64,000 bases of DNA from assembly GCA_963708185.1 (NCBI GenBank), contig OY970195.1, positions 1,024,001-1,088,000 of the forward strand. The letters are read 5' to 3'. This document shows positions 27,522 through 36,740 of this stretch, in pieces. The translations under genes and the position numbers were made by a program. The notes beneath the pieces were generated by a model. That model saw only the letters and a program-made list of their open reading frames with translations. It was not told the DNA's origin and did not search any database. This stretch comes from Candidatus Peregrinibacteria bacterium. Its GTDB lineage: Bacteria; Patescibacteriota; Gracilibacteria; UBA1369. Numbering within the stretch: position 1 is the first letter of the stretch; every line of letters starts with the position of its first letter.

Positions 27522-28772
27522 ATGAAAAAATCGACGCGCCTCCTTTCGTATTTTCTCATCTTTGCCGTTGTGTTTCTGTCCGGCTGGGAAGCCGCAGGTT
27601 ATTACGAGCATAAGGTTGCCCTGAGCTCCTCCGGCGATACCCAACAGGAGGTTCCTTCTCCCGTTGCGGCGCTTTCCTCGCTGCTTTCTTCACCCGACCA
27701 GCTCCCCGCCGATCTTTCGCTGTTCTGGAAGGTCTGGGGCATGGTTTCGGACATGTACGTGGATCAGACCGCGATCAACAAACAGACCATGGTCTACGGA
27801 GCGATCAAAGGCATGGTCTCTTCTCTCAACGATCCGTACACGGTTTTCATGACCCCGGACGAGACCAAAGATTTCGACGACAGCTTGAACGGAACACTTG
27901 AAGGCATCGGAGCGGAACTGACGGTCAAAGACGGCGTCCTCGTCATTATTTCGCCGCTTAAGGATTCTCCGGCGGAAAAGGCCGGTTTACTCCCCGGTGA
28001 CGTCGTCTATAAGATCGACGGCAACATCACGAGCGACATGTCGCTCTTCGACGCCATCACGAAAATCCGAGGCGCCAAAGGCACCAAAGTGACCCTGACG
28101 ATTTTACGCAAAGGCAGGAAAGATCCTTTCGACGTGGCCATCACCCGCGACAACGTCAGCATCGACAGCGTAAGCTGGGAAGATAAGGGTAACGGCATTT
28201 ATTACATCGCCATCAACCAGTTCAGCGATAACACCAACGCCGAGTTCGACGACGCCGTGCAGAAAATTCTGTTGAAAGATCCCAAAGGCATTATTCTCGA
28301 CCTTCGCTACAACGGCGGGGGGTATCTCGACAGCTCCGTCCATATCCTTTCGGATTTCCTGAGCGGAAAACAAGCCGCCGTGACGATTAAACGACGCGAT
28401 TCCAAAGATAACGAAACGATGTACGTGACCGGCAACGCTCCACTGGCGGACGTTCCTCTGCTGGTGCTCGTGAATGAAGGTTCTGCTTCGGCTTCGGAAA
28501 TCGTTGCCGGCGCGATCCAGGATCACAAGCGCGGTATCATCATGGGGGAGCAGACCTTCGGCAAAGGCAGCGTCCAGGAAGTCGACGCTCTTCCCGACGG
28601 TTCAAGCCTCCGCATCACGATTGCCAAATGGTACACGCCGAATGACAAGAATATTTCCGAAGTCGGCATCTCTCCTGATATTGTGGTCCCGATGACCGAA
28701 CAGGATTCGGAAGCCAAACTGGATCCGCAAATGGATGCCGCCGTCAAATATTTGCAGGATCTGAAGAAGTAA
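27522..28772 (+). CDS. Carboxyl-terminal processing protease, S41 family (CtpA-like) with PDZ domain
   Basis: DPYTVF, GIGAEL, DLRYNGGG, SASASEIVAGA and TFGKGSVQ. Confidence 0.95.
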   Translation: MKKSTRLLSYFLIFAVVFLSGWEAAGYYEHKVALSSSGDTQQEVPSPVAALSSLLSSPDQLPADLSLFWKVWGMVSDMYVDQTAINKQTMVYGAIKGMVSSLNDPYTVFMTPDETKDFDDSLNGTLEGIGAELTVKDGVLVIISPLKDSPAEKAGLLPGDVVYKIDGNITSDMSLFDAITKIRGAKGTKVTLTILRKGRKDPFDVAITRDNVSIDSVSWEDKGNGIYYIAINQFSDNTNAEFDDAVQKILLKDPKGIILDLRYNGGGYLDSSVHILSDFLSGKQAAVTIKRRDSKDNETMYVTGNAPLADVPLLVLVNEGSASASEIVAGAIQDHKRGIIMGEQTFGKGSVQEVDALPDGSSLRITIAKWYTPNDKNISEVGISPDIVVPMTEQDSEAKLDPQMDAAVKYLQDLKK

Positions 28773-29088
28773 CCGGGTCCGCGTCACAGAGCCGATAGCC
28801 AAGCCCGTAGACCGTTTCAATGATTTTCGCGGAGTCGTCGGCGTCTATCTTTCGACGGAGATTGGAAATGTGAACCTCCAGGGTATTGGTCAACGTGTGG
28901 ACGTTGTAGTTCCAGACATATTCGAGCAACGCGTTCCGGTTGATGACCTTGTTCTTGTTTTTTGCCATGAACTCAAGAAGCTGGTACTCCTTTTTGCGCA
29001 GGGATATGAGCTTTCCATTGCGCTCGACCTTGTGTTCCTGAGGATGGATCACCAGGTGTTTGAGCTGGATTTTTTTGTGTTCTTTCAT
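28744..29088 (-). CDS. Stand-alone OmpR/PhoB-type winged-helix DNA-binding protein (no receiver domain)
   Basis: LRKKEYQLLEFM, LLEYVW, NTLEVHISNLRRKI and IETVYGLGYRL. Confidence 0.85.
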   Translation of the reverse strand: MKEHKKIQLKHLVIHPQEHKVERNGKLISLRKKEYQLLEFMAKNKNKVINRNALLEYVWNYNVHTLTNTLEVHISNLRRKIDADDSAKIIETVYGLGYRLCDADPVTSSDPANI

Positions 29089-29258
29089 AAGATGCTCGTT
29101 ATGGGGTGGTTGGAAGTCCGGTATACCAAAAATACCGTGAAGCTTTTTTAAAGCCTTCCTGAAATATCCCTAAATTTTTAAGAATATTTTTATGACGGGG
29201 CGGTGATTCGCTTTGCGTCTGCGATTTTTTTTTGTATAGTACGTGGGCAAGCAAAGCT

Positions 29259-29336
29259 CCGAGCGCACAGCGCGAGGGCGCAGCGAACCGCAGGTGAGCG
29301 GAGCGAGGAAGCTTTGGGTCTCGCGGGGCCCAAAGC
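29259..29336 (+). repeat. GC-rich hairpin repeat element (copy A)
   Basis: CCGAGCGCACAGCGCGAGGGCG and the hairpin GCTTTGGGTCTCGCGGGGCCCAAAGC match the reverse complement of 47175-47235. Confidence 0.6.
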
Positions 29337-29352
29337 GACCGCTGAAAAACAA

Positions 29353-29442
29353 GGAGAGATGGCTGAGCGGTCGAAAGCAACGGTCTTGAAAACCGTCAGG
29401 GGCGCAAGCCCCTCCAGGGTTCGAATCCCTGTCTCTCCGCCA
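29353..29442 (+). tRNA. tRNA-Ser (anticodon TGA), copy 1
   Basis: Acceptor GGAGAGA/TCTCTCC, anticodon arm ACGGT-CTTGAAA-ACCGT, long variable arm, T arm CAGGG-TTCGAAT-CCCTG, G-CCA end. Confidence 0.96.
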
Positions 29443-29467
29443 TTGAATGGCTATTAAATTACTTCTT

Positions 29468-30943
29468 ATGAAAAATAAGAAAATTGCCATTATAGCTGCA
29501 GTTTCGATATTTGTTGTCGTGCTATTAGCAGCTTATTTTTTATCGAATGGAGGAGAACAACTCGGCGCTTCCATAACAAACCTTAATAATCTAAAAATCA
29601 ATACGAAAAATCAGACTTTATCAAATAAACCAATGCAGGGCATTATACATTATGTGGAAATTGATAATGCCGATGGTACTGATAGTTCGAAACTAATTTT
29701 CAACACTGATGACGGCAAATTTATCCCACTGATTATTCCAGTGAAAAATGTTAATGCAGCATTATTGGAAAAGCACATTCAGATTGGTGATTTGAAAAAT
29801 GCATCAACGATTTCTGAAATTAGTGCTCTGCCAAATCGTATTTTAAAGTCGAAATTCGATCATAAAGTTCTGGTTATAACTGTTTATACTGCTGGACAGA
29901 CACCTCCGAATCATATTTTGGATACGCAAATTGAACAGAGAATGCAGGAAGCAGGCGTTGTTTTTGGTAAAAACTCTGATGGGGTAACTAAGACACAATT
30001 TGATTTCTATCATACTGAATTAGCCTATCCTGGCCCAAGTTACTATCAATACAACGATGCCAGTTTTTTGGCTGATAGTAATATCGATTTATCTAAATAT
30101 ACTGATTACTATGTAGTTAATGAAGAGGAGGGTCATGACCTCACAACCCCGACCAATTGTCATGGAATGTCATCTATTGGTCCAAATCAATATATTACTA
30201 GTAAAGGAACTTTCACATTTGGTTTAAGTGAGGTCGATATAGCTTGTTTTTTGTCACAAAATGGAGTCCCTACGCATGAACTCGGACATGCATTTGGTCT
30301 TCAGCATGCTAATTTATTCGTCAACGGGACTACCATTACGGCCCCGCCTGGATATATAGGAGGAAGTGATATTACCCAGGATGGTGATTCACGTTGTAAA
30401 GGTTTGGATATCACCGATCCAAAGGTTTTAGCATTGGGTTATGCTTGTCTGTGGAATTATGGTGATGACACTTTTATGGCATCAGCAAACTACACAAATT
30501 GGGCACATTTTCTGTTGAGTCCGACTGCCAGAGAAAAGTTGGGAGCTCCCATTCACCAGCAATTAGTAGATCATACTGGAGTTTACACGATTTATGCAGA
30601 TAATTATAAAACAGATCAAACCAAGGAAATAATCATTCCTGGAGGCCCAAATGGTTCTTATTCCTTAGAGTATCGTAATATCGACAAACCGGAAATAGTG
30701 ATTCGTTTTTTACCTTCAGACGCATTTAGACATGCAATTGATCCGAATACAGTTACAGCAGGAGATACTTATCGATTGGTAAATAGTTATGACTACTCAT
30801 TGGAATATCACCAATACTTCACTGATCAATACAAAAAAATCACAGTGAATTTTGTTGGCCCAGTTAATGAGCGGCCTTCTGCCTCAATAATAAAACCCGC
30901 TATTCCAGAATCTGCAAGTGTAAATATCTCCTTTGGTTCCTGA
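29468..30943 (+). CDS. Secreted/anchored zinc metallopeptidase (metzincin-type), AT-rich
   Basis: N-terminal K-rich plus hydrophobic anchor, HELGHAFGLQH (HExxHxxGxxH) and YGDDTFM Met-turn-like segment. Confidence 0.82.
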   Translation: MKNKKIAIIAAVSIFVVVLLAAYFLSNGGEQLGASITNLNNLKINTKNQTLSNKPMQGIIHYVEIDNADGTDSSKLIFNTDDGKFIPLIIPVKNVNAALLEKHIQIGDLKNASTISEISALPNRILKSKFDHKVLVITVYTAGQTPPNHILDTQIEQRMQEAGVVFGKNSDGVTKTQFDFYHTELAYPGPSYYQYNDASFLADSNIDLSKYTDYYVVNEEEGHDLTTPTNCHGMSSIGPNQYITSKGTFTFGLSEVDIACFLSQNGVPTHELGHAFGLQHANLFVNGTTITAPPGYIGGSDITQDGDSRCKGLDITDPKVLALGYACLWNYGDDTFMASANYTNWAHFLLSPTAREKLGAPIHQQLVDHTGVYTIYADNYKTDQTKEIIIPGGPNGSYSLEYRNIDKPEIVIRFLPSDAFRHAIDPNTVTAGDTYRLVNSYDYSLEYHQYFTDQYKKITVNFVGPVNERPSASIIKPAIPESASVNISFGS

Positions 30944-30969
30944 CCTTGTTCAAATTTTTACAAAAAGAT

Positions 30970-31134
30970 ATGAGACAAATTCACCGACGTTGCGAGTGGC
31001 CGTTGGGTGACACACTGATGGTCAAATATCATGATACTGAATGGGGCGTACCGGTCAGAAGTGATAAAAAAATATTTGAATTCCTGGTGCTGGAAAGCGC
31101 CCAGGCCGGTTTGTCCTGGAAGCGCCGCGTTTAA
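30970..31134 (+). pseudogene. tag: Truncated DNA-3-methyladenine glycosylase I fragment
   Basis: RCEW..YHDTEWGVPV..DKKIFEFLVLESAQAGLSW is the Tag N-terminus. It stops after ~54 aa and no continuation is seen. Confidence 0.85.
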
Positions 31135-31221
31135 AAGAAAGATTAGAAAAGCCTAAATTTTTATTGAAGTAAGGTTTAAAGTTGGTTAATATGCCAGCGC
31201 TTTCGGCACATTATTGAATAC

Positions 31222-31311
31222 GGAGAGATGGCAGAGTGGTCGAACGCGGCGGTCTTGAAAACCGTTAGGGGCGCAAGCCCCTCGGGGGTTCGAATCCCTG
31301 TCTCTTCGCCA
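31222..31311 (+). tRNA. tRNA-Ser (anticodon TGA), copy 2, imperfect T-stem
   Basis: Cloverleaf with 9 differences from copy 1. The T-stem GGGGG/CCCTG has a G.G mismatch. Confidence 0.8.
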
Positions 31312-31339
31312 TTTGGAAAATATCGCTTCTCTTTTTGCC

Positions 31340-31840
31340 ATGGAATCTGCCCCACTGAAAAAAAGACCAAAATCTTTGGTTGAATTAAGAGATGAGGCGA
31401 CTCTGGGGCTAGTCAAAAAAACTGACCGGAAAATTTTAGCTGTCTGGGCGATTGATTGCGCCTTGCGTGTTTTACCCTACTTCGAAGAAAAATATCCCAA
31501 AGACCAGCGGCCCAGTAGAGCTCTTGAGGTGCTCCGGGAATGGCTTCGGACAGGAGTATTCAAGATGTCGGAAATCCGCAAGGCCTCACTGGATTCCCAC
31601 GCGGCAGCCCGTGAAACGAAAGAGGATAATCCGGCCCGCTCCGCCGCCCGCGCAGCCGGACAGGCGGTGGCAACCGCGCATGTTCCCACTCATTCTCTCG
31701 GATCGGCCATTTACGCCTTACAGGCTGTCTACAGGGCTTCGAGCCCCCAAAAGGCCGATGCCGCCATAGCCAAGGAACGGGATTGGCAATACCGGCATTT
31801 AATCAAATTGAGAAAAATTTATCCCCTCCTGAAGAGATAG
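31340..31840 (+). CDS. Imm5-like putative immunity protein family
   Basis: LAVWAIDCALRVLPYFE..P.DQRP, AAARE and ARAAGQAVATAHVPTHSLG pattern; family recognised from memory. Confidence 0.65.
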   Translation: MESAPLKKRPKSLVELRDEATLGLVKKTDRKILAVWAIDCALRVLPYFEEKYPKDQRPSRALEVLREWLRTGVFKMSEIRKASLDSHAAARETKEDNPARSAARAAGQAVATAHVPTHSLGSAIYALQAVYRASSPQKADAAIAKERDWQYRHLIKLRKIYPLLKR

Positions 31841-33084
31841 TACGCGGCTCCTACCAAAATCCAGGCGGTGCCGATGATCCATGCCGTGAGATCGAGGTAG
31901 AAGGTCAGCCCGACGCAGGAAATAAATCCGAGCAGCGGCACCAGGACATGGATTGTTTTCTTTACGGGATGGTCTTTGAAACGGACTTTTTCTTTTCTCA
32001 GGAGCATGATCGCCGAAAGGTTGACCATGGCATAGGCGAAGAGCGAACCGAAATTCGTAACAGTGGCGATCTGTTTGAGGCTCCCGAAAAATGGCAGCAC
32101 CGCAGCCACGAAGCCTGTGATCAATACGGCCGCGTAGGGCGTTTTGAACTTCTTGTGAATTCTATTGAAGATCTGCGGGAGGGAGTTGTTCCTTGCCATG
32201 GCGAACGATACGCGTGAGACGCCGATGAGGGTCGTGAGCAAAACGCTCATTGTCGCGATGATGGCGGCGAAGCTGACGAGAACTTTGAGCCAGGAGATTT
32301 TAATGCCGTAATCGACGGCATCGGCGATCGGTGAGGCCGAAGCCGCCATCTGCTGATAAGGGATGAGCCCCACGGTGACGATTCCCACCAGAACGTAAAT
32401 AACGGCGGAGAGGAGCAGTGCCAGGATGATGGAGTTCGGCACGGTCTTTTTGGGATCCTTAATCTCTTCCGCCGCGGACGAAGGTCTCCCGAATCCTATG
32501 AAAGCGAAAAAGATCAGCGCAGCCCCGTTCAACACTCCGTTGATTCCCAGCGGCATGAACGGATGGTACAGCGAAAAATCCAGGTGCGAAAACCCGATGA
32601 CGATAAACAGGGTGAGAGCGATGATTTTCAACACCACCAGAATACCGTTAAAAACGCTCGACATTTTTATTCCGACCAGATTGATCAACGTCAACAACAC
32701 CACCGCGAAGACCGCCACGTACACCGATGAAAATTGCGGGTAAAGAGCGGTCACGTAACTTCCCAGCCCCAGGCTCACAGCGGCAGCCGCCACCATGTTC
32801 TCAAAAATCCAGATCCATCCGGTGATAAAACCCGAGAATGGTGAAATCGTCTTTTCAGCGTAGACGTAAAGGCTTCCTTCCTGCGAATATTTCTGGCTGA
32901 GCCGGACGTAACTGTAGGCCGTCAAAGCGGAGATCGCTCCCGCAATGAGAATGGAAAGGATGACGGCCGGCCCCGCCAATCCCGTTGCCACGCCGGAGAT
33001 GACGAATATTCCGGCTCCGATGATCGCCCCGATCGCCAGCGCGGTGGCATCAAAAAAATTGAGTGATCGTTTAAGTCTCAGCAT
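31819..33084 (-). CDS. APC-family amino acid permease
   Basis: LKRSL, IGAIIGAGIF, about 12 TM segments, FFAFIGF, AEEIKDPKK and SRVSFAMAR. Confidence 0.93.
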   Translation of the reverse strand: MLRLKRSLNFFDATALAIGAIIGAGIFVISGVATGLAGPAVILSILIAGAISALTAYSYVRLSQKYSQEGSLYVYAEKTISPFSGFITGWIWIFENMVAAAAVSLGLGSYVTALYPQFSSVYVAVFAVVLLTLINLVGIKMSSVFNGILVVLKIIALTLFIVIGFSHLDFSLYHPFMPLGINGVLNGAALIFFAFIGFGRPSSAAEEIKDPKKTVPNSIILALLLSAVIYVLVGIVTVGLIPYQQMAASASPIADAVDYGIKISWLKVLVSFAAIIATMSVLLTTLIGVSRVSFAMARNNSLPQIFNRIHKKFKTPYAAVLITGFVAAVLPFFGSLKQIATVTNFGSLFAYAMVNLSAIMLLRKEKVRFKDHPVKKTIHVLVPLLGFISCVGLTFYLDLTAWIIGTAWILVGAAYYLFRRG

Positions 33085-33190
33085 AAAGAAAATTATAACC
33101 ACAGAATATCAGTGTCGGGGAAAGATGTGAAGAAGTCGCCGGGAAACTTATTTGGCCGTAGCGGTTTTTTTTGATATCTTCAAATGGATT

Positions 33191-35104
33191 ATGGATTACA
33201 AGAAAATTACCGACTACAGCATCATTGGAGACCTTCTTACCTGCGCACTCGTAGGAAAGGACGGTTCGATTGACTGGTACTGTCTTCCCCACATGGATTC
33301 TCCGAGTGTTTTTGCGGCCATCCTGGATAAAGACAACGGCGGTAACTTTTCCATCGCGCCGGCCGGGAAGTTTTCGTCGAAACAGCAATATGTGAAGAAC
33401 ACCAACGTTCTCCAGACCCATTTCAAATGTAGGGGCGGCTACGTTACCGTCACCGATTTCATGCCGGTCAAACATATGGGAAGACTTTATGAAAGCTCTT
33501 TTCCCACCCTGATCCGGCAGATCAAATGTACGAAGGGAAAAGTGAATATCGATCTGGATTTCCGTCCGCGTTTTAATTACGGACGCGATGAAACCAGATT
33601 TGAACAGGAAGAAGACGTCAGCTGCGCGATGAACAGCAACGGGACGCTCACCATCCAGACGAAAATTCCTTTGACGGTTGAGGGTGATGCCCTGCGGGGT
33701 TCGTACAAACTCAAGCAGCATGAGACGGTCTGGGTGACACTTCAGTACAACGATGACCGCAGACTGAGCAATGAACACTGCCAGAACTCACTGGAAACGA
33801 CAATCGCTTTCTGGCGGAGCTGGGTGAACGATTCCGATGTTTTCCAGGATACGGGACTTTTCAAAAGTCCGTGGAAAGAGATGATCATCCGTTCGGGGCT
33901 GGTGCTGAAACTTTTGATCCAGGATCTGACCGGAGCCGTGTGTGCCGCCGCCACCACCTCCCTGCCCGAAGAGATCGGAGGGGTGCGTAACTGGGATTAC
34001 CGTTTCAACTGGATCCGCGATGCGTCGTTCACGGTCCGTGCCTTGTACAAACTCGGGTACATCCAGGAAGCAAAGAAAAACCTGGAGTGGTTCATGGGCA
34101 TCGCGGCGCAGCATAAGCGTCCCCACCAAATCCAGGTGATGTACGGATTGGGAGGCGAAAGCGACCTGAAAGAAGAGGTTCTGGACAATCTTTCAGGTTA
34201 CAAAGATTCAAAACCCGTCCGCATCGGCAACGGCGCCGTAAAGCAAAAACAACACGATATTTACGGAGAATTGATTAACGCTTTTTATGAAACCCGACGT
34301 TTCGGTATCGATATTTCAGAGAACGAATGGGAGCTGATCTGCAGGACCGTCCAGCACGTTTGCCGAATCTGGCGCGGTCGCGACGCCGGCATCTGGGAAG
34401 TCCGCGGGAAGGACCAGCATTTCGTCCATTCCAAGCTGATGTGCTGGGTTGCACTCGACCGCGCCATCAGGATCGCAAAAAAAATGCACAAGGATGTTCC
34501 GTCTTCATGGCTGGAAACAAGAAAAAAAATCCGCAAGGAAATCCTGGCCAAAGGGTTCAACAAAAAGCTCAACAGTTTTGTTCAGGCTTTTGGATCCGAC
34601 ACGCTCGATGCTTCGGCACTGCTTATCCCCATCGTCAGGTTTCTTCCGTATGACGATCCGCGCGTTCAGTCAACCGTCAACGCCATCCTGAAAAAACTGA
34701 CGACCAAAAGCGGTCTGGTGTACCGCTACGATACGAAAAAAACCGACGACGGGCTTCCCGGAAACGAAGGTGCTTTTTTGATCTGTTCCTTCTGGCTCAT
34801 CGACGTGCTGGCGTATTCCGGAAGAACCGAGGAAGCCAAGCATCTTTTGCTCAATATTCTTGAATACGCCAGTCCGACCGGGCTTTTTTCCGAAGAGGTC
34901 GATCCACGAACCGGGGAAGCCCTGGGCAACTATCCCCAGGCCTACAGCCACATCGGGATGATCAACAGTATCCTGTTCGTTGAAAAAGCGCGTAAGAAAA
35001 AGATGAAGATGCCGCCTTCCGTACAGGCAAAAAAGATCGCCATCAAGCTGAAAAACATGCTCAGGGAAAAACGGGCGGCCCGCAAGCGAAGGGAAAGAGA
35101 TTGA
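33191..35104 (+). CDS. Glycoside hydrolase family 15 (trehalase/glucoamylase-like)
   Basis: DYSIIGDL..ALV..DGSIDW, AATTSLPEEIGGVRNWDYR, DAGIWEVRG, GLFSEE and GNYPQAYSH. Confidence 0.95.
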   Translation: MDYKKITDYSIIGDLLTCALVGKDGSIDWYCLPHMDSPSVFAAILDKDNGGNFSIAPAGKFSSKQQYVKNTNVLQTHFKCRGGYVTVTDFMPVKHMGRLYESSFPTLIRQIKCTKGKVNIDLDFRPRFNYGRDETRFEQEEDVSCAMNSNGTLTIQTKIPLTVEGDALRGSYKLKQHETVWVTLQYNDDRRLSNEHCQNSLETTIAFWRSWVNDSDVFQDTGLFKSPWKEMIIRSGLVLKLLIQDLTGAVCAAATTSLPEEIGGVRNWDYRFNWIRDASFTVRALYKLGYIQEAKKNLEWFMGIAAQHKRPHQIQVMYGLGGESDLKEEVLDNLSGYKDSKPVRIGNGAVKQKQHDIYGELINAFYETRRFGIDISENEWELICRTVQHVCRIWRGRDAGIWEVRGKDQHFVHSKLMCWVALDRAIRIAKKMHKDVPSSWLETRKKIRKEILAKGFNKKLNSFVQAFGSDTLDASALLIPIVRFLPYDDPRVQSTVNAILKKLTTKSGLVYRYDTKKTDDGLPGNEGAFLICSFWLIDVLAYSGRTEEAKHLLLNILEYASPTGLFSEEVDPRTGEALGNYPQAYSHIGMINSILFVEKARKKKMKMPPSVQAKKIAIKLKNMLREKRAARKRRERD

Positions 35105-35173
35105 TTTCTGCGCCATTGCGAGGTGAAAAAATTTCGGATAGGATGCAGGGGAATCATTTTTTAATTTCATCCT

Positions 35174-36202
35174 ATGGATACGCAAAAGCTCAACGGGGTT
35201 GCCAAGGCCATGGTGGCGAAGGGCAAAGGTATTTTGGCTATTGATGAGAGTTCGGGGACGTGTAAAAAACGTTTCGATGCCGCCGGCGTGGAATGCACCG
35301 AAGAAAACCGCCGAAAATACCGCCAGCTTCTCGTGAGCGCGCCGGGGATTGAAGAGTATATTTCGGGAATGATTCTCTACGATGAAACGCTGCGACAGAA
35401 GGACGATGCCGGTGTTCCATTTCCGCAAGTTTTAAAGAAAAAAGGTATTCTTCCGGGCATCAAGGTTGATATGGGAGCCAAGCCGCTCGCCCTCCACGAA
35501 GGCGAAATGGTGACGGAAGGGCTGGACGGTCTTCGTGAACGTCTCGCAGAATACGCGCAACTTGGCGCGGAGTTCGCCAAATGGCGCGCCGTTATCACGA
35601 TCGGCCCGAACATGCCTTCCCAGGCCTGCATCATGGCCAACGCCCACGCCCTTGCGCGCTATGCCGCCCTGGTCCAGGAAGCCGGCCTCGTTCCCATGGT
35701 TGAACCGGAAATCCTCATGGACGGGAACCATACGATTGAACAATGCTACGACGTCACGGCAAAAACTCTCCAGATGCTCTTTTCCCAGCTCGCCGAGCAG
35801 GGCGTGACTCCGGAAGGAACGATTTTAAAGGTGAGCATGGTGCTTTCGGGGAAGGACAGTTCTCCACAAGCCGGCCCCGACGACGTGGCGGCACAGACGG
35901 TGAAATGTTTGAAAGAAAACGTTCCGGCCAACCTTGCCGGTGTGGTGTTTTTAAGCGGAGGACAGAGCGATGAAAACTCCACGATCCACCTGGACAAGAT
36001 GAACAAGCTCGGCGGCCTGCCCTGGCCTTTGAGCTTTTCTTACGGCCGCGGCATTCAGGCTCCGGCGCTCAAAATCTGGGCGGCCAACATGGCGGATGTC
36101 GAAAAAGCGCAGGCCGCGCTCGTGTTCCGCGCAAAGATGAACGGTCTGGCGTCGACCGGTCAGTATTCCGCCGATCTGGAAAAGGATAAACCTTACGCGT
36201 AA
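35174..36202 (+). CDS. Fructose-bisphosphate aldolase class I
   Basis: GKGILAIDES, GIKVDMG, FAKWRAV, PMVEPEILMDG, FLSGGQS and SFSYGR. Confidence 0.96.
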   Translation: MDTQKLNGVAKAMVAKGKGILAIDESSGTCKKRFDAAGVECTEENRRKYRQLLVSAPGIEEYISGMILYDETLRQKDDAGVPFPQVLKKKGILPGIKVDMGAKPLALHEGEMVTEGLDGLRERLAEYAQLGAEFAKWRAVITIGPNMPSQACIMANAHALARYAALVQEAGLVPMVEPEILMDGNHTIEQCYDVTAKTLQMLFSQLAEQGVTPEGTILKVSMVLSGKDSSPQAGPDDVAAQTVKCLKENVPANLAGVVFLSGGQSDENSTIHLDKMNKLGGLPWPLSFSYGRGIQAPALKIWAANMADVEKAQAALVFRAKMNGLASTGQYSADLEKDKPYA

Positions 36203-36672
36203 TGCACAAAGCTTACTATCAAACGCCTCTCGGCTATGCCGAAATTACCGCTTCCGACCAAGCTGTTTTTGGCGTGCGGCTGGTTGACGGGCTTCCGAAA
36301 AAAACTGAAAAAACATCCGGAGCAGCAAGCGCCGTCCTCAAGCAATGCATCAGTGAACTCGACGAGTATTTTTCTGGTGGCCGGAAAAAGTTTACTGTCA
36401 AACTTGAACGGAACGGCACCGATTTTCAGAAAAAAGTCTGGCGCGCACTTGAAAAAATTTCGTATGGTGGAACGGCTTCGTACGCTGATATCGCCGAAGC
36501 GGTTGGTAGTCCCAAGGCCGTGCGCGCCGTCGGCCTGGCCAACAGTAAAAATCCCCATTGGGTGATCGTTCCTTGTCACCGGGTGATCGGAAAAAACAAG
36601 AAACTCGTGGGATATGCCGGGGGTCTTGTGCGAAAAAAGTGGCTCCTTGACCATGAAAAATCGCTGTCATAA
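36202..36672 (+). CDS. ogt: Methylated-DNA-protein-cysteine S-methyltransferase
   Basis: GTDFQKKVW, AVRAVGLAN and PCHRVI active site. Confidence 0.95.
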   Translation: MHKAYYQTPLGYAEITASDQAVFGVRLVDGLPKKTEKTSGAASAVLKQCISELDEYFSGGRKKFTVKLERNGTDFQKKVWRALEKISYGGTASYADIAEAVGSPKAVRAVGLANSKNPHWVIVPCHRVIGKNKKLVGYAGGLVRKKWLLDHEKSLS

Positions 36673-36740
36673 ATCAAAAAGTCATTGCGTTATTTTTACA
36701 AGCGGGCAATAATAGCGGAAAGTCCGTTCATTTTTTGCTT

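Noticed and set aside
29170-29490. Small ORFs over the tRNA regions (also 31176-31416, 39701-40075, 47058-47321)
   Set aside because: They are translations of tRNA or repeat sequence, or of the antisense strand of real genes.
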